A program made the translations under genes and the position numbers. The notes beneath the pieces are model-generated. The model had not been told where the DNA came from. It saw nothing but the letters and a program-made list of their open reading frames with translations, and searched no databases. From Macrostomum lignano (Eukaryota): DNA of 64,000 bases. How positions within the stretch are numbered: position 1 is the stretch's first letter; each line of letters begins with the position of its first letter. The stretch lies in assembly GCA_002269645.1 (NCBI GenBank), contig NIVC01001000.1, forward strand, positions 248,001 to 312,000. The letters are read 5' to 3'. This document shows, in pieces, positions 1 through 11,685 of the stretch.

Positions 1-210
1 TCTGAGAAATTCCCCCATGAGCCTATAGCATCTGAGAAATTCCCCCATGAGCCTATAGCATCTGAGAAATTCCCCCATGAGCCTATAGCATCTGAGAAAT
101 TCCCCCATGAGCCTATAGCATCTGAGAAATTCCCCCATGAGCCTATAGCATCTGAGAAATTCCCACATGAGCCTATAGCATCTGAGAAATTCCCCTATGA
201 GCCAATGGCA
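1..210. repeat. 30-bp minisatellite (TCTGAGAAATTCCCCCATGAGCCTATAGCA)n, cut by the window start
   Basis: About 7 near-identical 30-bp units read directly. Confidence 0.95.
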
Positions 211-597
211 TCTGCGCAAGTGCGGAGTTTGCATATTACGTCAAAATCGCAGACAATATGACATTGTAGATTAAAATCATATGAAAATTACAATCATGCT
301 ACATATTGCACTGTTAAATTAATGTACTTCATAATAGTTTTGTTCACTGCTGAATCAATATTATTTGGTTAACAATTGTATTTCGATGATTTTCCAGCTA
401 AAACAGCTTTACTACTCGTAACAGTCTCTAATCGATTGTCCATTTGTGTTGTTTCTAAGAAAATATAAACAAATTTTGTCAATGGTGTGTTGGACTCTGC
501 AACACTCGTGGCTTATTGAATTGTTAACTAAAATAGCCCTTTGTTATGTAATAAGCTGAGTCACTTTTCATTTCTGTGCTTTTCTGACTCACAGCTC

Positions 598-1545
598 TTT
601 GTGCCATGTCTCACAGGGAGATTATGTGTTTGTGCCATGTCTCACAGGGAGATTATGTGTTTATGCCATGTCTCACAGGGAGATTATGTGTTTGTGCCAT
701 GTCTCACAGGGAGATTATGTGTTTGTGCCATGTCTCACAGGGAGATTATGTGTTTATGCCATGTCTCACAGGGAGATTATGTGTTTGTGCCATGTCTCAC
801 AGGGAGATTAATATGTGTTTGTGCCATGTCTCACAGGGAGATTATGTGTTTATGCCATGTCTCACAGGGAGATTATGTGTTTGTGCCATGTCTCACAGGG
901 AGATTATGTGTTTTTGTGCCATGTCTCACAGGGAGATTATGTGTTTGTGCCATGTCTGATGTCTCACACGGAGATTGTGTTTGTGCCATGTCTGATGTCT
1001 CACATGGAGATTTTGTGTTTGTGCAATGTCTTATCGAGAGAGTGTGTTTGCCTGTTTTATGTCTCATTGAGATTACATGTATGTGTCTATCTGTGCCATG
1101 TCCCACAGAGAGTTTGTGTCTTTCTGTACCATGTCTCATAGAGAGAGTTTGTGTCTATCTGTGCCATGTCCCACAGAGAGTTTGTGTCTTTCTGTACCAT
1201 GTCCCATAGAGAGAGTTTGTGTCTTTCTGTACCATGTCCCATAGAGAGAGTTTGTGTCTTTCTGTACCATGTCCCATAGAGAGAGTTTGTGTCTTTCTGT
1301 ACCATGTCCCATAGAGAGAGTTTGTGTCTTTCTGTACCATGTCCCATAGAGAGAGTTTGTGTCTTTCTGTACCATGTCCCATAGAGAGAGTTTGTGTCTT
1401 TCTGTACCATGTCCCATAGAGAGAGTTTGTGTCTTTCTGTACCATGTCCCATAGAGAGAGTTTGTGTCTTTCTGTACCATGTCCCATAGAGAGAGTTTGT
1501 GTCTTTCTGTACCATGTCTCACAGAGAGAGAGTTTGTGTCATGTC
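598..1545. repeat. Compound minisatellite: 31-bp unit (TTTGTGCCATGTCTCACAGGGAGATTATGTG) grading into a related 35-bp unit (GAGTTTGTGTCTTTCTGTACCATGTCCCATAGAGA)
   Basis: Tandem units are visible. The ORFs at 541-1661 are periodic translations of them. Confidence 0.95.
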
Positions 1546-2306
1546 TCATTGAGATTGCATGTATGTGTGTGTCTGTGCCAAGTCTCATAACTCATAGAGA
1601 GATTATCTGTCTGCCAGTGTATTTCCTACTTACCAACCGCATACAGTCTCTAGAACCATAAATTTCTAACCCTAAAGTTTGCATTTGAAAAGCAGAGAAA
1701 ATAGACACAATATCAGTGCTTTACTGTCTGCCCCACGACAAGCTCTATACTATCAAGCCTCATTTGACAGTTTAATTGACAAAGTAAACAGAGTTTGATA
1801 AATTTGAGTTTTCTGTTTTCAGGTTTAGTTAGCAGCTCAGAGGTGCAGCTAAATTGTCAACATTGTTTAATTTTTACCTGCGATTCTGTATCTCTGGCTA
1901 AACTCGACCTAGCGAAATGTGAGTTTGCATTTTGTCTCATTTAACTAGAATTTTGAGACTAATCTTTCTTATTCTGATACGCTGGTATGCAAGAGCTACA
2001 TTATGTACAGAATGTCTTCATTAAGCATTAAGCTTGCTTAACAAATTTAGATGTTTGTCACGTACCGCATAGAAACGACGAGTTGTATACAGCATGAGAG
2101 CTCTCAGTTGGTGTATAGTTTATATAAAAGTTTTTAGATAAGCAAATCATCAAGATGGTGGAAGTCAGGTGCTGAGCCAGAGTCACGTACGGTACTGTAA
2201 GAGAGATTTTAATGAGCGTCAGCTCTATGCAGTGGTGTGCATGGAGGTTATAGCTCGTAGAGAGCGGCTCTTATATTGCCACTTCTTTGATCTGCTATGA
2301 TGTTCT

Positions 2307-3804
2307 CCTTATCGGCACCCCTGACACCCCTTATTGGCACCCCTGACACTCCGTTATCGGCACTCCTGACACCCCTTATTGGCACCCCTGACACCCCTTA
2401 TTGGCACCCCTGACACTCCCTTATTGGCACCCCTGACACCCCTTATTGGCACCCCTGACACTCCCTTATCGGCATACCTGACACCCCCTTATTGGCACCC
2501 CTGACACTCTTATCGGCACTCCTGACACCCCTTATCGGCACTCCTGACACCCCCATATCGGCACTCCTGACACCCCCATATCGGCACTCCTGACACCCCT
2601 TATCGGCACTCCTGACACCCCTTATCGGCACTCCTGACACCCCTTATCGGCACCCCTGACACCCATTTTCGGCACTCCTGACACCCCCATGTCGGCACTC
2701 CTGACACCCCCATATCGGCACTCCTGACACCCATTTTCGGCACTCCTGACACCCATTTTCGGCACTCCTGACACCCCCATATCGGCACTCCTGACACCCC
2801 CATATCGGCACCCGGACACTAAAGATTTTAGGCCTTTGACGGGGCAACAGTCTTCTGGTAAGTCCGGAATCACTTGATGCTGAGGGAGAGATTTGTAGTC
2901 CCACTAGAAATTTTAGAGAAACGGATTATCAGGATAAATCCTGATAAGGATTAGACGCGATATACAAGCAATAAAAGAAACATTTCCCATGCAATTAAGC
3001 CAGGGCTGTAAAAGCAGAGAATCGTATTTCTCTTGCATATATGGCAGCGGAATATTTCTTATCCATCTGTAATATGAGGATCTGATCATGAGCTATATGC
3101 AGGGGTCGAATCCCATTTTCCGGCATTTTATTATGCACGCCCTCTGCATCCGGGGGAGCTCCGCCCACTTCATGTATTTTTCGAGGAGCTGACATAATGA
3201 TTTGCAATGCAAAATGATGGAGAAGCCAAAGAATCAGAGACAGGCATCTCAGACAGATCGAGTGGTTTCCCAGTATCAGTTTCCACAGATGAATTATTTT
3301 GTGTGTCCCTCGGTCTGGCCGTATGCCTCACGTGGTGCTTGACTTCGGTTATTCGAGTCTGGGTGGCTCAGCACAGCTATCACTGAGGGTGTAAGGGGTG
3401 CCGATAAAGGGGTGTCAGGGGTGCCGGTAAGGGGTTGTCAGGGATATCGATAAGGGAGTATCAGGGGTGCTGATAAGGGAGTATCAGGGGTGCCAATCAG
3501 GGGGTGTCAGGGGTTGCCGATAAGGGAGTATCAGGGGTGCCAATCAGGGGGTGTCAGGGGTTGCCGATAAGGGAGTATCAGGGGTGCCAATCAGGGGGTG
3601 TCAGGGGTTGCCGATAAGGGAGTATCAGGGGTGCCAATCAGGGGGTGTCAGGGGTTGCCGATAAGGGAGTATCAGGGGTGCAAATAAGGGGGTGTCAGGG
3701 GTGCCAATAAGGGGGCGTCAGGGGTGCCGATCAGGGGGTGTCAGGGGTGCCGATCAGGGGGTGTCAGGGGTGCCAATAAGGGGGTGTCAGGGGTGCCGAT
3801 AAGG
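2307..3804. repeat. Two 21-23-bp minisatellite arrays in inverted orientation (2307-2817 and about 3386-3804) around a ~570-bp unique core (foldback-like)
   Basis: The left unit TTATCGGCACYCCTGACACCCC is the reverse complement of the right unit GGGGTGTCAGGGGTGCCGATAA. The outer ends CCTTATCGGCACCCC and GGGGTGCCGATAAGG are exact reverse complements. Confidence 0.9.
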
Positions 3805-4221
3805 AAGCATGGACAAAAGCATCAGGCAGGGATTCAACTGGACATCCTGCTGTCCCCCTACGCGGAACAGAGCATCATAAAAGATGCTTTTTTCCTGACT
3901 AAATCCGGTAATAGACGAATATCGTAAAACAATATTATACTTTATAGCAGGCAGCAGAAATATAATAGCACTAATTTGAATGCTTTTAGAACAAAATTTT
4001 GCCTTTTAAAGGCTAAAAGGGTAAGCGTGTTGAAGGGTATAGACTCAATCCCATAATCCTTTTAGTTCCGCTATTCAAAATCCCTAATTGAGACGTCATA
4101 TTTGAATCAGAAATCTTAAATTTCTCCGCTTAGGTTAAATAGAGAGGTACATTTTCTCAACAGACTACTGACGATAGTAGTCTGTAGTTTTTTATTAGAA
4201 GCAAGGCCGGGGCTTTGAACT

Positions 4222-4555
4222 TTAAGCGACATTGTCACACAACCGGCGAGAGGCATTGCTGCCCATTCCACCGACTCCCCTGAGCAGGCACACAAGCGCG
4301 GATACGTACGCAGTCATACGCACAGGCACACACTCACACAGGAGTGTACAGCGGCCCTAACTTTATTTATCGTTAGGCATGTACACTTCACTGTGCCTTG
4401 GGGGGGTGGGGGTTGGCCTTCAAGGCCGTTAATTGCACGAGCAGAGCCAAGCTGAGATTCCAATTTAGATCCAAATTAATGTGACTGCACTTGGAATCGA
4501 GCCTGGGCCGCTGGCACATCAGAGCGCAGCGCTTTATTACTGAGCTATGGGGCCC
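4222..4555 (-). mobile_element. tRNA-headed SINE family 1, copy
   Basis: The minus strand begins GGGCCCCATAGCTCAGT (A-box-like) and contains GGCTCGATTCC (B-box-like). The body is shared with the copies at 15423, 29278, 30275, 45863 and 46752. Confidence 0.8.
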
Positions 4556-5154
4556 TACTAGTCAGTAGTAGTGTACTAAACATTTTACGACTATCTTTTT
4601 GAAAAATACTGAAATAACTAACAAGATAGGGGTTGCCGCAGCTGATGGGAAGTTTTGTCAAAAAATCGTTGAAATGTCTTGAATGTCACGCTGCCAGTTA
4701 GTAGTATGCTTGCTTCTTCATAGTTAAAACAAATGCCATTCTCTCCTTTCTTCCCATGCAGTGGCGGTAGAATGATCTTTTATAAAATAGCCGCTGACTC
4801 ACACATACGGTAAAACTTGCATGCATTTATTAGTCATGCAAAATTTGTAGTTTTTTTACGATGTCCGCATGTGCGGTCAGGTGATATAGATAAAGGGTTC
4901 TAGTCCGTTATCCTTATCATTGCATAGCTGGGGCTGTAAAAAAAGTCATTTCGTCTCGGTTCAGGGACCCCTGGACTGTAACCCCTGGCCATTCCATGGG
5001 ATGACGCTATACATACGACAGATGGGGGGCCTGATAAGCGTCAATGCGTTACTTCAGCCGTTTAAAATTTGCACATTGTCTGTTATTTTTCTGCGTAATG
5101 TCACATTATGCTACAATTTCAAGTACATCGAATATTGTATTTATACAGTTGTAA

Positions 5155-5460
5155 AGGGGCTGTAGCCTAGTGGTTAGAACGTCGGACTTACCACTTGAAG
5201 GTCGGGGTTCGATTCCAAATCCCACTGGAACAATTTGTGTCCTTGAGCAAGACACTTAACTCTGCATTGCTTCAGCTCACCCAGCTGTAAAATGGGTGCC
5301 AGCATTGGCTGGGGTAATTGAGGGTGTGGCGACCCCCCAGTCCTTGGACTGAACAGCCGTACGCAGTCTTCAGATGCGCTGCGCAATAGCTGCGGCTGAG
5401 CTGTCGGTTGCACATCTGCACATTAGGGCAGGTGTGAAAAGCAATTATTAATGTTATTAT
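5155..5460 (+). mobile_element. tRNA-headed SINE family 2 with CORE/MIR-like central domain
   Basis: A box TAGCCTAGTGG and B box GGTTCGATTCC, followed by GTGTCCTTGAGCAAGACACTTAAC...CTGTAAAATGGG, which resembles the CORE domain. Further copies lie at 16936, 26733 and 47940. Confidence 0.8.
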
Positions 5461-5917
5461 TATACTTACTATTATATCATAATGCTAGCTAGCCAAGCTG
5501 CTGCTTTTGAACTTAGCGCACTTAAAAATACGAGAATAAATTAATAACACACCCGGAATACTAAAAACACGCTGCCTTTCCATTGTATAATATAATATAG
5601 CAAAATTATCTTTGAATTTAACTTTAAAGCCAAGTAATAGAGCTATAAGAAAGGCAAGAAATATCAAAACATGAACATTGGGTCTGCCTCCTATCGAAAG
5701 CAATAACAATTTTTGTGCTGTAAAAATGAAAACTTCCGATCTCCGTAGAGTATTTTTTCGTCAAAAACCAGCCTTATTACCACTTTCCAGGAAACGTCTA
5801 CTTTCCCGTCCTTCTACTTGAGTAAGGACTTTAGTATGGTCAAAACTCCACTTCGTTCGCAAGTCTAGCATACACTCTAGATGTGGCTCCTCCACTGTGC
5901 CGCTGTGCCAGCCTTGC

Positions 5918-6352
5918 TACCATAGACAAAAAGCTTCGTTCTACTTTGGCAAGCATTGTCGGCTGATTTTCCATGCAAGAATGGCATTCTTGCACTCTTT
6001 TGCGTGCAGGAATGGATGTCTATGGTAAAATCTCACTGAAAAAGCATTAGGCGCAGAAATGCATTCCTGCACGGTTTTGTGCATTCCTGCACGATGAATC
6101 ATCCGACAATGGAATTCCTTCACGTTCACTCGTGCGTGAAGGACATCGTGCACTCGTGCAGGAATATAGCATTCTTATTTGATCCAGCGTGCAAGGATGC
6201 TTTGGAAGTCGCCATATGCGTGCAGAAATGCAAGTGTCTATGGTAATTGCACCTTGAATTTACATGTGCACTCCGTGCAGAAATGTCAATCGTGCAAGAA
6301 TGTAATGCGCAATGTTTCTGTATTTACAATAGCATAATTAACAGCCATAGAC
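5918..6352. mobile_element. Probable MITE-like remnant with CCATAGAC/GTCTATGG ends and internal inverted GCATTCYTGCAC motifs
   Basis: TACCATAGAC at ~5918 and GTCTATGGTA at ~6018 and ~6236. GCATTCCTGCACG and CGTGCAGGAAT occur in both orientations. Confidence 0.4.
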
Positions 6353-7987
6353 TACAAGCATAAACAGAAACCAGCCATTCGTATATATTTAGCATACGAA
6401 ACGATTCATTTAGCATACACATAAACATAAAGCTAAACATAAACAAAAGTTAATCAACAAAAGAGTAGGGTGTATTTGAAAAAAATGATTAAACAATTAA
6501 AATTCAACAAACAAATTTGAAAGTCAATAGCTTTAGCACTCAGTGTAGTGACAAAAGTTTATTGAAGTAAACCTTAGATCAGAACACATTTAATAAGCAT
6601 CGCAGCATAGCATTGGGGTGGGAGACAGAGATAAGGCATGCACGAGGGAATGGAGAAAGAGCAACGATGTACACAGACGCAAACCCTCACCAGACCAGAC
6701 AAAACCCACCCCAAACACTGACCCCAGAGCCCACAGTCCATAGATGATCAGAGTCAGTCAGAGTCCAACAAAATTGAACCGAATTTGATAAGCACAAGAG
6801 TTATTTTAATTACCTTGACAGCAAATGAGACACAATATCTCACTCAAACACAAATTCGACGATGTAGCGTAGAAGTATCGTAAGAAGCGTGCCAACTCCT
6901 TAGGCAGACAAGACGCCAGATCCAGCTTCAGATTGTGCAAGGCCACAAAGTTCTCAAATCGTCGCTCGGCGGCTATTTCTTTGGCTACAGACGATGCGCA
7001 TTGATTCTGGCGCTCCAACTCAATGGCCTGCTGCTCTAGCTCATCCAGGCCTAGCATGGCTGGATCCAAATTCAACAGTTCCGTGATGAAGGCATCCATA
7101 TCTCCTTCGAGAATGTCACTTATCCAACTGCTCTCTCGTTCTAGATTGCTTTCAATTGCAATCAATTGCCGCAACGCTAACAGCTTCCGTCGACAGACCT
7201 TCCACCTCAACGAATCGTATATCGATCAAAGGTGGCAACAGATTTGGATTAACAATTGCCCGTCTGATAAGATATATCTCTTCTTTCCATCGTACAAGAA
7301 CGTTCAGACTAGCTCGCGCATTGACTCGTGACTGCCATAGACAAAGTATTTTTCGTCTCGTTTTCGCTTTCGTTCCCTTCTAAAAGGTCCGTCCCAGCAT
7401 AGTTCGAGCTCGCATCAAAATATGCTTTCAGCCAATAGGAAAGAACGGGGGGGAAAGGGATGTTAAAAGTGAAAATCGGGCGAGATAAAAATAACTGGCT
7501 CAAATTAGCACTCCATTCTATTCTTTCCTCCATGCCCACACTCCCAGCTCCACCCTTGTCTACTTTAGCCACACATGTTGGATCAAATATGGTAAGAATG
7601 GGAATCAAGCACTTTGACTTATGCGTCTATGGCAAAAACCCTTGTGCGCTCAGCCATTGACGCACTCGTCAGCGTGCTAGATTCCTCCATTTCAATGCGT
7701 GCAGCCCCCAAATGTGGTACAAACCACAGAATATACACAGAATGGCGAATCCCGCATTTTGAGAAAATTTCTTGCACAAGAATGATATTCTATACTGGCT
7801 ACTCTTGTTGTGAAGAGAAACTAAGTAGGCTGAATGGCACTTTACCTATTCTTTGCCATTTATTGCGGGTTTGTCCCACAGAATATAGGAAGGCTTGATG
7901 AACCAACCCACCCCCCTTCTAAACTGTGCTATTTTTAGAAACTACCTTTGGGCTGGCCCTGCCTTCTGCTGCGCTTTAAGTTAGTGC

Positions 7988-8890
7988 CATAGACAGCATG
8001 CCTTGGGCGTTCAAGCACGAGCTCGTGGCGTGAAAGCATGCAGGTCAAATGCATTATTGATTGCGCTAGCCTGTCTTTGCTGTATTGCATTCTCTATGGC
8101 CCAAGCTGGTGCTCCTGAAGCTAGGTCTGGCTTCAAAAGTGCTAATACCGAAGACATAGAGTTTGAATACGCAGCTTATTGTGATACTGTTTTTGCATGA
8201 CTGCGTCTGCTTCAAGGCTTCAGTGCGCTGCGTACGGATGCCCCAACTACGCCGGCAAGTGTCCGCCGGGTATTAGATTTCACCGGTTTCCAGCAGCCAG
8301 CGAGCATCCAAGGTTGCAGTGAGCCAAGAAGCTCCAGATCCAGTCCACCTGCAGGGCAACACTTGTGACTCAGATCTCACAGAAGCAGGTGATGAGCTCT
8401 TTGCTACATCGGATGACTTAGATCACGAGAAGTGCGCATATGTCGGCGGTTGGTTGCTGTTCCGCTTCTTTAAAACCGAGTGCAAGTGTAAGGTGTTCCA
8501 GCAGGAACTGAAGGGAAAGCAATTCGGACACGCTTCCTGCGACTGAAGTGCAAGCGGGATGACAGCTTAGCCACCCCAAGCAGAGCAGTTATCAGAGCTG
8601 TCACTGAGATGGAACGCCAATTAAAATTGCTGGAAGTGACAGAGTTCATGCATGCTGGTGTGTCACACAGAATCAGCAAATTATTGGCCGATTGCATCAG
8701 GCCAATTATTGCGACTCATTGCGCTGAGCACTCAGAGAGATGCGTGATGGGCATTGTGAGGCTGTTCTCGAAGCTGCGCTTGCACCATTGGTGCAATGGG
8801 CACAGGATTGCGGCTCAGGAGAGAAAGCGCGGGCGAGCATTTTGCAATGAGCAATTGAGGAAGTTCAAGAGGATGAGTGTGATTGCATGA
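7988..8890 (+). mobile_element. Internally deleted, decayed THAP/P-element-type transposon
   Basis: ATG at 8197 gives MTASASRLQCAAYGCPNYAGKCPPGIRFHRFP, the N-terminal half of a THAP motif. The region 8410-8890 gives EKCAYVGGWLL..CKCK..L / KRDDSLATPSRAVIRAVTEMERQ..C..H..R, resembling the C-terminal region of P-type transposases, with a frameshift near 8545. A CATAGAC terminus candidate lies at 7988. No matching 3' TIR was found. Confidence 0.6.
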
Positions 8891-9763
8891 GATTTGCTAT
8901 TTCTGTTGCGTCTGGCATTTCCTGCCTTGCGTGCAGCGCTAAACCTGTTGTTATATGTTTGTTACTTTTGTTTTTTAGCTTACATATACATGGCAATGAG
9001 GTTATAACAGTTGTTACTTCTGCTCATGACTTTGCGCACGCACCGTTATGAACAAATAAATTACAAGGATAATTCAGCATTCATCTGCAGCGTCAAAACG
9101 ACGACTCAAGGCTTTCAAAGGCTGTCTTGAGCTCAACTTTTACATTCAACTTTGCGTTCAAAAAACGCAACTACTTATGAGCTTCACAACGTTAGTAGTG
9201 CAAGCGCATTTATTTTCGCTTTCATAGAGAACTGCCGATTCGCCATTCTGTGTATATTCTGTGGTACAAACGGCGATATTTCGTCTTTGCCGTGTCTTCC
9301 AATCCAGGCATCAAAGAGAAAGATCGTCCCTTACCGGTTTTCGTGCGCGTGCACACTTTGAAAATAGCAAGCGGCCATAGGTCTTACTACAGAACCTCGT
9401 TCTCCTCTCCCATCCGAAAGCCTGACCATGTACGCCCGAAGCCGAAAAACGGAACGGGAAGGAAAATGATGGTATTCGGTATTCGGTCCGAAAACCCCAA
9501 CTCCCAGGTTTTGTTCAGAGCCGAGGGAATTCTGCGGGCAGCCGGCCCTTGACTTTACCGCCCAGGGGGGATGGGGTCGGTAGGTGTGCCATCGATCGGT
9601 CTTGCGCTGGGCTGGTCCACCCGCCAGGGTCTGCGGGTCAGGGCTGAGGGCGATGGATAAAGCTGAGGGGGAGAGGGGAATGGTTAGAACAGACAGGATC
9701 TGCTTCTTTGCTGAAAGCTGCGCTCTACAGAAGACGGTACAGGCATTTACTCCCAAACCGCTG

Positions 9764-10691
9764 ATGACAGAGAAGTCCGTCAGCTTGTCACTGACTGGCG
9801 GCCCGCCATGGGGCTTCCGGCTTCGAGGCGGCCCGGCAGCGGGCGGCCTCCGGGTCAGCCGGGTGCGGAGACGCAGCCCAGCCACCGCGGGCGGCCTTCG
9901 CGAGGGCGACCAGCTCATCAGCGTCAACTCCATGCCGGTGTCAGGTCGAACCTACGCCTTCGTGATGGAGTTCGCCGAACGGCAGCGCGTGCTCGACGTT
10001 GAGGTTCGGCGTCTGGTCGGTCCGGAGGGCACTTTGCTGGCCGCCGCGGCCACCTGGGCCTCCGAGGAGGACGACGAAGACGAGGACGCGATGATGGCGC
10101 TGGCAGCTGCGGCCGAGCCGGCTCCGGAGCCGCCGCTGCAGGAGTTGCAGGTCGCCGAGCTCCAACTGGCGCCGTCTCTGCCGCCGCCGACTCAGCCGCC
10201 GTTGAGCTTCGACGAGGACACAGTGATCCCGGCTGACCCCGACATCCGGCCGGTGACCTTCAGCAAGCTGATCACCGAGGCGGAGCCGGAGCCAACGCCG
10301 CCACGCTCGCCGGTGAGAAAGTACGCCGATTCCGCTTATTTCGACGCCACCGATTCGAGCTATCCGACAGTGGAGGAGCAGAAGGAGATGGCCAGGCGCG
10401 TCGCCGAGACCCTCACCGATACGCGCAACCGCGGCAGCCGCGGCGCCAGCATGTTCGAGAAGCGGCGCGAGAGAGCCGCCAAGTACACGCTGGAAGGACC
10501 TGAGCCGGGTGACGAGGAGCTCCTGGGTGCCGCAGCCGGAGTCGCCGGCAGCAGTCATCAGCAGTTCGACGCCGCCATGGTTGACACCTCGGTGAGCAGC
10601 CCGATCGATGAGTGCGGCACCTTTCGAGTGCCGTTGCCGCAGATGTCCGCGCCTCCGCCCGCGCCGCCACCGCCGCCGCCTCCTCCACCGA

Positions 10692-10729
<38 letters not shown>

Positions 10730-11071
10730 AAAACGGTGGCCGAATTCGTGGAACGCGAGATGCGCTCGGCGCCGAAGCTGACCCACCGCGACTACAACCC
10801 CAAGAAGGCGTTTGACATCGCCTCGGCGCTGCACTCAAGCTCCGGCAAGGCCGGCCAGATGTTTCAAAAGCGTCGACAACGGGCGCTGAAGTTTACGACG
10901 GAGAGCGAAGGTCAGGTTGAGCCGCCGGCGCCGCAGCTGAAGCCGCTGATGGCTGGCGGCGGGCTGATGATGAAGCAACAGCCTGGAGGTGACGTCAGCA
11001 TGGCGGCCAAAATCCAGCGTCTGCAGAACAGCCTCGGCGGCGGCGGCGGCGGTGGGCTGTCCGATCTTTGA
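9764..11071 (+). CDS. Intronless PDZ-domain, proline-rich synaptopodin-2/myopodin-like protein (~435 aa)
   Basis: The N-terminal PDZ begins VSLSLTGGPPWGFRLRGG, typical of the ALP/Enigma/SYNPO2 type. Two motifs, RGASMFEKRRER and KAGQMFQKRRQR, resemble the synaptopodin/myozenin G-x-x-MF-x-KR motif, and there is a poly-Pro tract. The sequence is GC-rich and coding-like. The ATG at 9764 is preferred over the GTG start at 9584. Confidence 0.8.
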
Positions 11072-11685
11072 TGGCCGGATGAACAAAGTGAAAGTTAATC
11101 GTGTTTTCAATTTTGTTTTTGAATTTTGTCGGTATATTTTTGCTTCCAAGCGTACATAACATGATAGACATTGTGTCAGTTCTGTGGAAACATTGAACCC
11201 CTTTAATTCGACAAGTTTTTAGCCAATGACCGCTGGCTTTAGGAGGGGAAAAAGGCAATAAATTATCAGGCATGTACACTAACTGTGCCTGGCCCTCATG
11301 TGCGTGAGTGAGTGAGTGAGAAATTCGAATTTCTAAACGGATTTTTATTTTTCAATTTGGTTACTTCCTACCACTATCAGTAGCACTCGCTTTAATCTGT
11401 ATCGGAGTGGCTCTGGTGCCTTCAACCAAGTACATCTGGTTCTTCAGCGGCCTGTTTTGGAAATTGAACTTCGCATCGTCATCGAATTCAAATCGCTTTT
11501 TAGTCAATTCGAATTAACGTTTAGACTGTTTTGTTATATTTATTGTTGAAATATAAGAAAAATGTTTACAGAAGTTCAGCATTGAAGATTTTCTGACTCA
11601 AATTACTTGTCATAATATAATCACTTTATCTATAGATAACCATCACTTAACATGTTTAATTAGTTAATGTATTATGCTCAGTTTC

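Noticed and set aside
5155-5230. tRNA gene candidates at the SINE heads (also 15423, 26733, 46752)
   Set aside because: A and B boxes are present, but there is no closing acceptor stem or terminator, and each continues into a shared repeat body.
6806-7330. 134-aa minus-strand ORF with a GTAATT donor
   Set aside because: It looks protein-like but has no recognisable motif, start or partner exons, so it is left uncalled. It could be a decayed gene or transposon fragment.
9941-10838. 297-aa and 141-aa minus-strand ORFs
   Set aside because: They are antisense shadows of the GC-rich PDZ gene.
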